Shown here piece by piece: positions 37,250 through 45,076 of a stretch of 51,616 bases of DNA (positions are counted from its first letter, which is position 1; each line of letters begins with the position of its first letter). The stretch comes from Verrucomicrobiota bacterium. GTDB taxonomy: Bacteria; Verrucomicrobiota; Verrucomicrobiia; Chthoniobacterales; UBA10450. The translations under genes were made by a program, and so were the position numbers. Location of the stretch: contig JBEEHC010000125.1 in the NCBI GenBank assembly GCA_041167205.1, positions 1-51,616 of the forward strand, written 5' to 3'. The notes beneath the pieces were generated by a model. It saw nothing but the letters and a program-made list of their open reading frames with translations. It was not told where the DNA came from and did not search any database.

Positions 37250-37261
37250 TTTCTTCTCCTA

Positions 37262-37342
37262 ATCCTGCTCCTGATCATGATCCTGCTCCTGATCTCCCGT
37301 TTAGATCCTGGATCAAGATTAAGATCAGGATCATGAGCAGGA
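37262..37342. repeat. GATC-dense direct/inverted repeat block in the fabI-glcD spacer
   Basis: atcctgctcctgatc occurs twice directly (37262, 37280) and once as an inverted partial copy (gatcaggatcatgagcagga, 37323). Seven GATC sites lie within 37273..37332. Confidence 0.6.
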
Positions 37343-37350
37343 ATGGGAAC

Positions 37351-38127
37351 TCACATTCCCATTATCTGGTAGCCGCCATCGACGTAGATCACCTGCCCGG
37401 TAATCGCCGCGGCGCCGTCGCTCGCCAGAAAAACTCCCGTCTCTCCCAGCTCGGCCGGATCGCAACTGCGTTTGAGCGGCGCACGCTCCTGATAATGCTT
37501 TAGCATCGCCGTGAATCCGCTGATCCCGCGGGCCGCCAGCGTATTGACCGCACCGGCCGAAATGCAGTTCACCCGGATTTTCTTCGGTCCGAGATCGTAG
37601 GCAAGGTAGCGGGTCGAAGCCTCGAGACTGGCCTTAGCCACGCCCATCACATTGTAATGCGGCACCACTTTTTCCGCGCCGTAATAGGTCATCGCGACAA
37701 TGCTACCGCCGTTCGTCATCATCGGCGCCGCTTCTCGCGCGAGCCCGACGAGCGAATAGGCGCTGATGTCGTGCGCGGTGCGAAACGCTTCGCGCGTCGT
37801 GCTGACGAAATCGCCCTCGAGCGCCTCCTTGGGAGCGAACGCCACCGAATGCAACATCAGATCGAGCCGGTCGGTTTCCCCCCGAACCTTTTTGAAAAAC
37901 TCCGCGATCTCAGCGTCGCTCGACACGTCGCAGGGATAAAGAGGGGTGCCTTCGCCAAACTCTCCCACCAGCTCCTCCACATTCTCTTTCAGCCGTTCGC
38001 CTTGATAATTGAAAATCAAGCGCGCGCCAGCCGCCGCCCAAGCCTTCGCGATCGCCCACGCGATGCTCCGCTTATTCGCCACGCCAATAACGACACCGAC
38101 CTTGCCCGCTAAAACCTGGTTCGCCAT
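37351..38127 (-). CDS. fabI: enoyl-[acyl-carrier-protein] reductase (NADH)
   Basis: GKVGVVIGVANKRSIAWAIA N-terminus and the Y...YNVMGVAKASLE catalytic Tyr/Lys pattern, typical of FabI. Confidence 0.95.
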   Translation of the reverse strand: MANQVLAGKVGVVIGVANKRSIAWAIAKAWAAAGARLIFNYQGERLKENVEELVGEFGEGTPLYPCDVSSDAEIAEFFKKVRGETDRLDLMLHSVAFAPKEALEGDFVSTTREAFRTAHDISAYSLVGLAREAAPMMTNGGSIVAMTYYGAEKVVPHYNVMGVAKASLEASTRYLAYDLGPKKIRVNCISAGAVNTLAARGISGFTAMLKHYQERAPLKRSCDPAELGETGVFLASDGAAAITGQVIYVDGGYQIMGM

Positions 38128-38223
38128 AACGCATCACCATACCCGCCGTTTTGCACCTCGCAAAACCGGAGCCCCATTTGGCCGCACGAGCAGGCATGGT
38201 CGATGCTTTGAACATCAGTTGAG

Positions 38224-38817
38224 ATGTTCTTCATATCGCTCTCTCGCTTTCGCCTGATGGGATTCGCTTCGGTCCTGGCTGCGTGTCTCGGTTCAAGCGT
38301 CACACCCTCCTCCGCCCAGCCCACCTTCCTAACGGTCGCCTCCACCCCATACGATCGCCAAATGAACCCGATTTCGCCGGTCCTGAATTCTTCGGCTGGC
38401 CCGCTGGCAGGTCGAACATCTCTCGCCACCATCAATCAATGGATAACCAGCTTGCGCGCGATCCCGTACAAATATTCTCTTCAGTGGAAAACGCCCGCGC
38501 AGGTCAACTCCGATGTCGCCGCCGATTGCAAAGGAAAAGCCATCCTGCTCTACGCGATATTGCGGGCAAATGGCGCGACGCATGTTCGCTTCGTGATCGG
38601 TAAACATCATGTCGCTGACTTGAGAACGCACGCCTGGTTGGAGTGGGACACGACAAGCGGCACTTACCTCCTTGATCCCACATTTAACCGCACTGTAGAA
38701 CGAGTCACAGGGCGCGATCCGGCAACATACATTCCGCACTACGCTTACAACGGTCCCCGCAAATACCGCGCTAGTTATTACCGCCCTTCCTCCGCCTCTG
38801 TGGTTGCGAGCAACTGA
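38224..38817 (+). CDS. secreted transglutaminase-like cysteine peptidase domain protein
   Basis: Signal peptide, then a Cys-His-Asp arrangement DCKGKAILLY ... HAWLEW ... LLDPT. The start could be 38257. Confidence 0.65.
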   Translation: MFFISLSRFRLMGFASVLAACLGSSVTPSSAQPTFLTVASTPYDRQMNPISPVLNSSAGPLAGRTSLATINQWITSLRAIPYKYSLQWKTPAQVNSDVAADCKGKAILLYAILRANGATHVRFVIGKHHVADLRTHAWLEWDTTSGTYLLDPTFNRTVERVTGRDPATYIPHYAYNGPRKYRASYYRPSSASVVASN

Positions 38818-38847
38818 GCCGTCCCAAGCAGAGGGCCGTCTTCGGTC

Positions 38848-39312
38848 CTATTGCGATGAAACAGGCTTTGGTTTTTGGGTGAAGGTCGGGAGCTTCGAGA
38901 TAAGGGCGATCATCCCATCAATGTCTGACTGCCGCTTCGCCTCGAGCCAGACGTCCACCTTCCAGGCATCATAAAGCTTAAGCGCAGCTTCCTGACTGAT
39001 GGTTCCGTCCAGTGCAACTTTCCTGTGCCACGTTAAAGGGAACATGCCCAGGCGACCGGCTACCGTCGTGCTCTTGGCGTCCCGCTTGAAATGCGGCCAG
39101 CCGCCGATGTAGATGTTCACCGTTCCAGACAGCGGCGGCATCGCGCGGCCGGAATAGGCATCGAAGTCAGATCCAACGGATTTCGTCCACTCAATCTTCT
39201 TCGACGAAACCGGACCCAGAAACTCCGCGAGCTCTTTTGGTGGCATTGGCTTCCCGGCCTCCGCGTGAGTGGAGACCAGCAACGCGAGGAGAAGTACAAA
39301 TGAAATACGCAT
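38848..39312 (-). CDS. secreted hypothetical protein
   Basis: Signal peptide MRISFVLLLALLVSTHAEA. No recognisable domain. Confidence 0.55.
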   Translation of the reverse strand: MRISFVLLLALLVSTHAEAGKPMPPKELAEFLGPVSSKKIEWTKSVGSDFDAYSGRAMPPLSGTVNIYIGGWPHFKRDAKSTTVAGRLGMFPLTWHRKVALDGTISQEAALKLYDAWKVDVWLEAKRQSDIDGMIALISKLPTFTQKPKPVSSQ

Positions 39313-39404
39313 GAGCCAAGATCAGGCGCGACTCTGACCCGCGCAAGCGGCAGCCGCTGCGTCACATTAGTCAGCCCCGAACCCCAAAGTCGAAACCAGT
39401 GCGC

Positions 39405-39767
39405 TTAGGCGGTGCGCTTTTCTTCCGGCAGAGTGACATGATAAACAAGCTTGGCCCGAAGCTCATCGAGTAAGTCTGGATGCATGAACTCGTAGTCATC
39501 CGGGATGTGAAGGCAGATGACTCGCTTTCCGTGCAGAGCTTCGGGAAACTTTCGTCTCAGCCGATTCACGTGCGACTTCTCCATACAAAAAATAATGTCC
39601 GCCCATCCCAAGTGTCCTTCGGTGACAACAATGCGAGCATCGGGCTGCGTGCCAACGGAGCGGACCTGATAGTGAGGTGAACCCTCGAACAACTTTTCGG
39701 CCGTAAGACTGCGAAATCGGTTTCGACTGCAGACGAAGAGCAGCTTCTTAGTCGCAGAGACAGTCAC
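39405..39767 (-). CDS. low-molecular-weight phosphotyrosine phosphatase-like protein
   Basis: CX5R(S) P-loop LLFVCSRNRFRSLTAE near the N-terminus. GTG start at 39767. Confidence 0.7.
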   Translation of the reverse strand: MTVSATKKLLFVCSRNRFRSLTAEKLFEGSPHYQVRSVGTQPDARIVVTEGHLGWADIIFCMEKSHVNRLRRKFPEALHGKRVICLHIPDDYEFMHPDLLDELRAKLVYHVTLPEEKRTA

Positions 39768-39784
39768 AAGAAAATGCGAACACC

Positions 39785-39907
39785 ATCTAACGAGAACAAG
39801 ATGAGCGACGCCTGCCGAGAGCGCGCGTCGATTGGAATGAAGGTGTTTTCATAATCTGGTGTGACGCGCCAGAGCGGCCAGCGGTTAGCTGCAGCGATTG
39901 GTTAGGT
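39785..39907 (-). repeat. attC-like site A (123 bp)
   Basis: Minus strand: ACCTAAC-caatc-GCTGCAGC...GGCGTCGCTCATC-ttgttctc-GTTAGAT. The ends fit RYYYAAC and GTTRRRY. It is similar to site B at both ends with a divergent centre. Confidence 0.6.
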
Positions 39908-40321
39908 GCTGGGCGTGGCTATACATAAAGCTTTGAGCTCGGACAATGGCATCTGTGGCGACCCAACAGTGTCGCCGTAAACAGCCAAGACTGCGGAGGG
40001 AGAGAGCCGACGCGAGAGCAGCCGACGCGCAAAAAAGACGACGGCTGCATCCGGTGCACGGGACCCGGCTGGAATTCTGAAGGGCACCGTCGATCCGACA
40101 GCGACCGCGTCTGCGCCAGTGGAGCGCTTCCAAAGCTCATCGATCACGATGTGTGGGCGAGAGGCATCTGAAACGAAATGACCATAAGCCACGACTTGCG
40201 AACGCGCGACTTGAGAACGGATGTCCACCGGCGCGAAATCTTCGAGAGTGATCCACGCTAGCGCAGCGACGAATGCTGCTCCCACGCAGATCAACATCCA
40301 CTTTAGCGTGCGCGTTCGCAT
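39902..40321 (-). CDS. cassette-like ORF: N-terminally anchored hypothetical protein
   Basis: One TM helix (LKWMLICVGAAFVAALAWI). The stop TAA lies inside the ACCTAAC inverse core of site A. The start abuts the GTTAGGT core of site B. Confidence 0.5.
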   Translation of the reverse strand: MRTRTLKWMLICVGAAFVAALAWITLEDFAPVDIRSQVARSQVVAYGHFVSDASRPHIVIDELWKRSTGADAVAVGSTVPFRIPAGSRAPDAAVVFFARRLLSRRLSPSAVLAVYGDTVGSPQMPLSELKALCIATPST

Positions 40322-40325
40322 ACGC

Positions 40326-40448
40326 ACCTAACGAGAATAAGATGAGCGACGGCTGGCGGGAGAGCGCGTCCCTGTGGATTGAGGGTGGATTTTCACGCAA
40401 GACTACGAACCAAAGCTGCCAGCCGTTCGCTCCATCGCTTGGTTAGAT
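40326..40448 (-). repeat. attC-like site B (123 bp)
   Basis: Minus strand: ATCTAAC-caagc-GATGGAGCGAACGGCTGGC...GCCAGCCGTCGCTCATC-ttattctc-GTTAGGT. It has an 18-bp inner stem with two unpaired bases (G, A) on the 5' arm. Confidence 0.65.
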
Positions 40449-40464
40449 GCGTTGGGGGACGTCA

Positions 40465-40761
40465 TCAAGGGAGTGGACGGCGCCTGAGCCGGGATATCAG
40501 CACGAACAGAGCGATCCATAGAAGCGGGCTCGCGATCCACGCCGCGATGCACGCAGCCACGAGCAGCGAAGGGTGCTCGATCTGCGACACAGCAACGTGG
40601 GAGAGCAAGATAGAAAACGGGAACACTACGACTTCGAAAAGCGGTCGTGATATCGCGCGCACCATTGTGTTGGCGCCAGGCGCGGGTGAAAGGAGGCAGA
40701 TAACCAATATGACTGCGAACAGCTGATGCACAGCAAAGATGGTCAGGGCGCGTTTTAGCAT
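40465..40761 (-). CDS. cassette-like ORF: 98-aa three-TM hypothetical membrane protein
   Basis: The ATG is part of GTTAGATG. The stop lies 17 nt before site B. Confidence 0.5.
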   Translation of the reverse strand: MLKRALTIFAVHQLFAVILVICLLSPAPGANTMVRAISRPLFEVVVFPFSILLSHVAVSQIEHPSLLVAACIAAWIASPLLWIALFVLISRLRRRPLP

Positions 40762-40798
40762 CTAACGAGAATTAGACGAATATTTTTCGTCTAACTCG
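40760..40798 (-). repeat. truncated attC-like copy C (right half plus short hairpin)
   Basis: Minus strand: CGAGTTAGACGAA-aaata-TTCGTCTAATTCTC-GTTAGAT. It shares cgtc..ttctcGTTAGAT with sites A and B but lacks an RYYYAAC partner. Confidence 0.45.
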
Positions 40799-40867
40799 GC
40801 ATTTCGGGGTGAATGAGGGGGAAGTTGCACGATTGAACCGGTTTTCCGCGGCAATCGCCGCTGCCTC

Positions 40868-41539
40868 CTAGCAAACGATGGCGTGGCGGCGGCAGACGCC
40901 GGAGAGCATTTCCCAAAGCGCGTCGAGAATGCGGTCGACGGCATTCGTAGTGGTCGCGGCGTTGTCGTCGGTGATGTAATCAGCGAGCATGGCGCGTTCG
41001 GCGGCGGCGTGTTCGCGATCGGCTTCGACGTGGACACTGAAGTATTGGTAGTCCCGCGGCTCGGTCATCTGGTAATTCTCGACCAGGCCTTTGATCTTCG
41101 ATTCGGAGACGGCGGGAATCTGGCTTTCGTAGGCGTAAAGCGCGGCCAGGCCTTCGGTGGTTGTGCCTTCGGAGCAAACGGAGCGGAACGTACCGATCAG
41201 GTTCGAGGTTTCATTCCACTTTGGGGACGACTGGACGTCTTCCTTTGAAACACCGAGGCCTTCGGCGAATTGGAGCCACAGCTCGGGATGATTCGGAGTG
41301 CCGGCTTCTTCGTCGATGAGGTTACCGAGCAATTGCTTGCGCGTCGGTTGATCGTCGCAGCGCGCGTGCACCGCCGAAAGATAGGTCGGGAAGGCGGCGA
41401 CGTGGTGATAATATTGGCGCGCGTAATCGGCCAGCGCGGCCATGCTCAATTCGCCGCGGGTCCACGCCAGGTAGAACGGATGGGTGAGAAGATGCTTCGC
41501 GGCGATTTGTCGATCGATGGAGTCGAGGTGTGTGTTCAT
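40868..41539 (-). CDS. CADD-family haem-oxygenase-like di-iron enzyme (TenA/PqqC superfamily; Chlamydia CT610-type pABA synthase homologue)
   Basis: HPFYLAWTRGELSMAALADYARQYYHHVAAFPTYLSAVHARCDD...LIDEEAG.PNHPELW...LYAYESQIP...YFSVHVEADREH closely parallels the CADD sequence as I remember it. ATG at 41539. Confidence 0.8.
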   Translation of the reverse strand: MNTHLDSIDRQIAAKHLLTHPFYLAWTRGELSMAALADYARQYYHHVAAFPTYLSAVHARCDDQPTRKQLLGNLIDEEAGTPNHPELWLQFAEGLGVSKEDVQSSPKWNETSNLIGTFRSVCSEGTTTEGLAALYAYESQIPAVSESKIKGLVENYQMTEPRDYQYFSVHVEADREHAAAERAMLADYITDDNAATTTNAVDRILDALWEMLSGVCRRHAIVC

Positions 41540-41600
41540 ATTGGTTCTCCGAGTTGGTTGGTATTTATCCGCGCGATGGATGAAGTGCGAATCTTTTTTG

Positions 41601-41670
41601 AAATGTAGAGGCGTTTGTGTCAAACGCCTGTTGTATTGGTTCAGGCGCTTGGCACAAGCGCCTCTACATT
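41601..41670. repeat. REP-like palindromic element R1 (AATGTAGAGGCG...CGCCTCTACATT)
   Basis: Terminal 12-13-bp inverted repeats enclose two inner hairpins (GGCGTTTGtgtCAAACGCC, AGGCGCTTGgcaCAAGCGCCT). Confidence 0.7.
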
Positions 41671-44600
41671 CACATCGCGGCCAGGATGTGTTTGATGCCG
41701 CGAATGGGAATGACGACCCAGCTCGGGCGATTGTTCAGCTCGTAGCCGACTTCGTAGACAGCTTTGTCGAGCAGATACGCTTCGAGCAGGACCTGGAGAT
41801 CGCCCTCGCGTGGCGGGATGAAAGACGCTCCCCTGGTCGTCTTGAGATATCTCTGCAAGAAAACGCTGCTCATCTGCCGATACCAAAGATCGGCCCAGCG
41901 CTCGAGGAACGGGATGTCTTCCGGACGCATGGCGGGCTGCCAGAGCGCGCTGTAAGCGGCGTACTGGAACGAGCGCATCATGCCGGCGACGTCGCGCAAC
42001 GCGGAACGCTTCAGCTTGCGCTCGCTGAGCGGACGCGCCGGCTCGCCTTCAAAATCGAGAATGACGAAATCCTTTCCGGTATAGAGCGCTTGTCCGAGGT
42101 GGTAGTCGCCGTGAATGCGGATCTTCGAGGCGGCGGAACGTTGATCGAGAATGCGCTGCTCCTGCGCGAGGATCTTCTGTTCCGCGGCGAGCACTTCCTT
42201 CGCTTCCACTTGGAACGCTTCGGGGAGGCCCGGCAATTCTTTTTGAAGCAAGGCAAACGCGCGGCGCAACGATGCGCGCATATTTTGATAAACGGAACGC
42301 TGCGAGAGCGCGTTGAATGGTTCGGGCGCGAAGGCGCGATCGTCCGGGTCGGAGGCGAGCGCGAGATGCAGCTCGCCGGTCCGTCGGCCGAGCAGCTTCG
42401 CCTTTTGCGGGTAGATGCCGCCGATCAATTCCTCCAGGAGCGGGCCGGGCGGCGCGTGCTCGATCTGCAAATCCGCTTTTCGCCCCAGCACCCGCTCGTA
42501 AAAGCGACCGACGGAATCGAGCGTGAGCGCCCACGCATCGCCTTCATTGGCCACGGCGGCCTGCAAAAGACAAACAACCGTCGGCTCAAATTTTCCCCGG
42601 CGATATTCGATCGCGCCGGCAAACGCGGGCACATGCGCGAATCCGCGCCGCTCGGTCAGGAACCGGGTAATCTCGACGTCGGGATTCACGCCATCCTCGA
42701 GCTTGCGGTAAAGCTTCAGGAAAAATTTGTTCTCGAACAACATCGACGAGTTGCTCTGCTCCGCCGCGACGACATGGGAGGGCGGAATCTTATCGTCGAG
42801 CGTCAGCGCGCTGCCGGGCGCTCCCAGCAGATCACCGGATTTTCCTTTCAAACTCTGACCTTGCGTGATGGTCCGGAAAAGGTGCTCCCGGAAAGCGGCA
42901 TCCCAGATCGCATCGTGAAGGATCGCTTCCTCCGCGCCGGCAAAACGCGCGATCACCGCCTGCGGGGCCGCTTTGGCGATCGCATGAGCCGGTTCTCCGA
43001 CGGCGATCTGTACGGGCAGCGCGTAGGTCTCCGGCGGGCCGTCAGTGTATGTGACTTCGAGGAACCAGAACTGCGCGCCACCTTCGCCAGGCATCGGCAC
43101 TTGCTCCGCAATGCGCAGCTCGCGAATCGTGCGCGCTTTCGCGCCGAACCAACGGCAATGCCGAATGAAATCCGGCAAGACCTCCCGCTCGAAACGGGAG
43201 CGCTGACCATCGGCCAGAAGCGTCTGCAAATTCGGCGCGGCATTGAGCGTGGGCACGACGCGCTCTTGTGACGCGCGCACGGCGGCCGGCTGAGCGCGGA
43301 GCACAAACCAGTAGTGCGCGTGCGGCCCGAGCGTAATCGGATACGGGGATTCCTTGATCGCGGGGAAGTAGTTTTGGCTGAACACCTCCATCAGGCTGCA
43401 ACCCGCGAAGCGTGACAGGTCGATCTCCGCCGCCTGCGAAAACCGTGACAGGTTCACGACGACGAGCATGATCTCGTCTTCGTGCCGGCGCAGAAATGCC
43501 AGGACCTTCGGATTATCCGGATAGAGAAACTCGAGCGAGCCGCGCGAAAACGCCTTGAAATTTTTTCGCATCGCGATGACGCGGCGCATCCACCACAGGA
43601 GCGACGACAAATTCTTCTGCTGATTTTCGACGTTGATTGCCTCGTAGTGGTACTCCGGGTCGATCGTGATCGGCAGATAAAGCTGTTGCGGATTCGCCTT
43701 GGAAAAACCAGCGTTGCGGTCGGGGCTCCATTGCATCGGCGTACGCACGCCGTTGCGGTCGCCGAGATAAAAATTGTCGCCCATCCCGATTTCGTCGCCG
43801 TAGTAGAGGACGGGCGTCCCGGGCATGGAGAAGAGCAAAATATTGAGCAGCTCGATCTTGCGGCGGCTGTTCGCGAGCAAGGGCGCGAGGCGGCGGCGGA
43901 TGCCGAGATTAATGCGCGCCAGCGGATCGTTCGCGTAAACGCGATACATGTAATCGCGCTCCTCGTCGGTCACCATTTCGAGAGTGAGCTCGTCGTGATT
44001 GCGCAGGAACATTGCCCATTGGCAGTTCTCGGGAATCGCCGGTGTCTGATCTAGAATGTCGATGATCGGAAATCGGTCCTCCATCTGCAACGACATGAAC
44101 ATCCGCGGCATGAGCGGAAAGTGGAAGTTCATGTGCGACGCGTCGCCTTTGCCGAAGTAGGCCACGGCGTCTTCGGGCCACTGGTTTGCCTCGGCCAGAA
44201 GCATGCGGCCTTGGAAATGCGCGTCGACGTGCGCGCGTAATTTCACCAGGTATTCGTGCGTCTCGCGAAGATTCTCGCAGCTCGTCCCTTCGCGCTCATA
44301 TAGGTAAGGCACAGCATCGAGCCGCAAGCCGTCGACGCCCATGTTCAGCCAGAAATCGAGCACCTTCTCAACGAGGGCGTGGACCTCCGGGTTATCGAAA
44401 TTCAGGTCGGGCTGATGCGAATAAAAGCGGTGCCAGTAATAAGCCTTCGCCACCGGATCCCACGACCAGTTCGAGGTCTCGAAATCTTTGAAGATGATCC
44501 GCGCCTCCTTGTATTTTTCCGGCGTATCGCTCCAGACATATAGGTTGCGCTCCGGCGATCCGGGCGCGGCCCGGCGCGATTTCTGGAACCACGGGTTGTG

Positions 44601-44945
44601 ATCGGAGGTGTGATTGATCACGAGTTCCGTGATCACCTTCAGGCCGCGCTCATGGGCGGCGGCAAGAAAGGCCTGGAAATCGGCGAGCGTTCCGTAGTTC
44701 GGATTGACGTCGTAATAGTCGGCGATGTCGTAGCCGTCATCGCGCAGGGGAGAAGGATAAAAGGGCAGCAGCCAGATGGCGGTGACGCCGAGCTCCTGGA
44801 GATAATCGATCTTCTCGATCAGGCCGCGAAAATCACCGATGCCGTCACCGTTGCTGTCGTGGAAGGTCTTGACGTGCAGCTCGTAGATGATCGCGTCCTT
44901 GTACCAGAGGGGATCGACGGCGGGATCACTCGCGGGCTGTGACAT
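41670..44945 (-). CDS. treS: trehalose synthase (maltose alpha-D-glucosyltransferase) fused to maltokinase
   Basis: GH13 N-terminus WYKDAIIYELHVKTFHDSNGDGIGDFRGL...LLPFYPSPLRDDGYD, and a C-terminal aminoglycoside-kinase-like Mak/Pep2 domain (IRIHGDYHLGQAL...ILDFEGEP). ATG at 44945. Confidence 0.95.
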   Translation of the reverse strand: MSQPASDPAVDPLWYKDAIIYELHVKTFHDSNGDGIGDFRGLIEKIDYLQELGVTAIWLLPFYPSPLRDDGYDIADYYDVNPNYGTLADFQAFLAAAHERGLKVITELVINHTSDHNPWFQKSRRAAPGSPERNLYVWSDTPEKYKEARIIFKDFETSNWSWDPVAKAYYWHRFYSHQPDLNFDNPEVHALVEKVLDFWLNMGVDGLRLDAVPYLYEREGTSCENLRETHEYLVKLRAHVDAHFQGRMLLAEANQWPEDAVAYFGKGDASHMNFHFPLMPRMFMSLQMEDRFPIIDILDQTPAIPENCQWAMFLRNHDELTLEMVTDEERDYMYRVYANDPLARINLGIRRRLAPLLANSRRKIELLNILLFSMPGTPVLYYGDEIGMGDNFYLGDRNGVRTPMQWSPDRNAGFSKANPQQLYLPITIDPEYHYEAINVENQQKNLSSLLWWMRRVIAMRKNFKAFSRGSLEFLYPDNPKVLAFLRRHEDEIMLVVVNLSRFSQAAEIDLSRFAGCSLMEVFSQNYFPAIKESPYPITLGPHAHYWFVLRAQPAAVRASQERVVPTLNAAPNLQTLLADGQRSRFEREVLPDFIRHCRWFGAKARTIRELRIAEQVPMPGEGGAQFWFLEVTYTDGPPETYALPVQIAVGEPAHAIAKAAPQAVIARFAGAEEAILHDAIWDAAFREHLFRTITQGQSLKGKSGDLLGAPGSALTLDDKIPPSHVVAAEQSNSSMLFENKFFLKLYRKLEDGVNPDVEITRFLTERRGFAHVPAFAGAIEYRRGKFEPTVVCLLQAAVANEGDAWALTLDSVGRFYERVLGRKADLQIEHAPPGPLLEELIGGIYPQKAKLLGRRTGELHLALASDPDDRAFAPEPFNALSQRSVYQNMRASLRRAFALLQKELPGLPEAFQVEAKEVLAAEQKILAQEQRILDQRSAASKIRIHGDYHLGQALYTGKDFVILDFEGEPARPLSERKLKRSALRDVAGMMRSFQYAAYSALWQPAMRPEDIPFLERWADLWYRQMSSVFLQRYLKTTRGASFIPPREGDLQVLLEAYLLDKAVYEVGYELNNRPSWVVIPIRGIKHILAAM

Positions 44946-45076
44946 GCGGCTAACAGTTGGCGCAACAATAGCCGCCGCGCAATCGTTCGATTCCTGTCGC
45001 TGCCACGCGCGACGGCGTGACCGATCGCGCAAGAAACGCTTCGCACGGCGAAGCGCCTACAGAAGAGGCTTCAGCG

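Noticed and set aside
39313-39404. Search for a third complete attC after the phosphatase-like gene (GCCTAAG at its stop)
   Set aside because: The last base breaks RYYYAAC. No GTTRRRY partner and no long imperfect palindrome follow, only short GC hairpins. The phosphatase gene is therefore not called a cassette.
39797-39862. Short minus-strand upstream ORFs ending ..RRSS[CY]SR* just before the cassette-like genes (also 40337..40405, and track ORF 40762..41037)
   Set aside because: The similarity is explained by the conserved right arm of the attC-like repeat. The start codons are not conserved, and the 91-aa track ORF overlaps the CADD-like gene out of frame.
41484-43271. 595-aa plus-strand ORF, together with similar long ORFs at 15720..17252, 6149..7147, 14206..15051 and 28035..28850
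   Set aside because: All are antisense to confidently identified genes (treS-mak, the RND permease, ADH, the LLM oxidoreductase, nadE). They are Arg/Gly/Asp-rich with no motifs, the typical shadow ORFs of GC-rich DNA.
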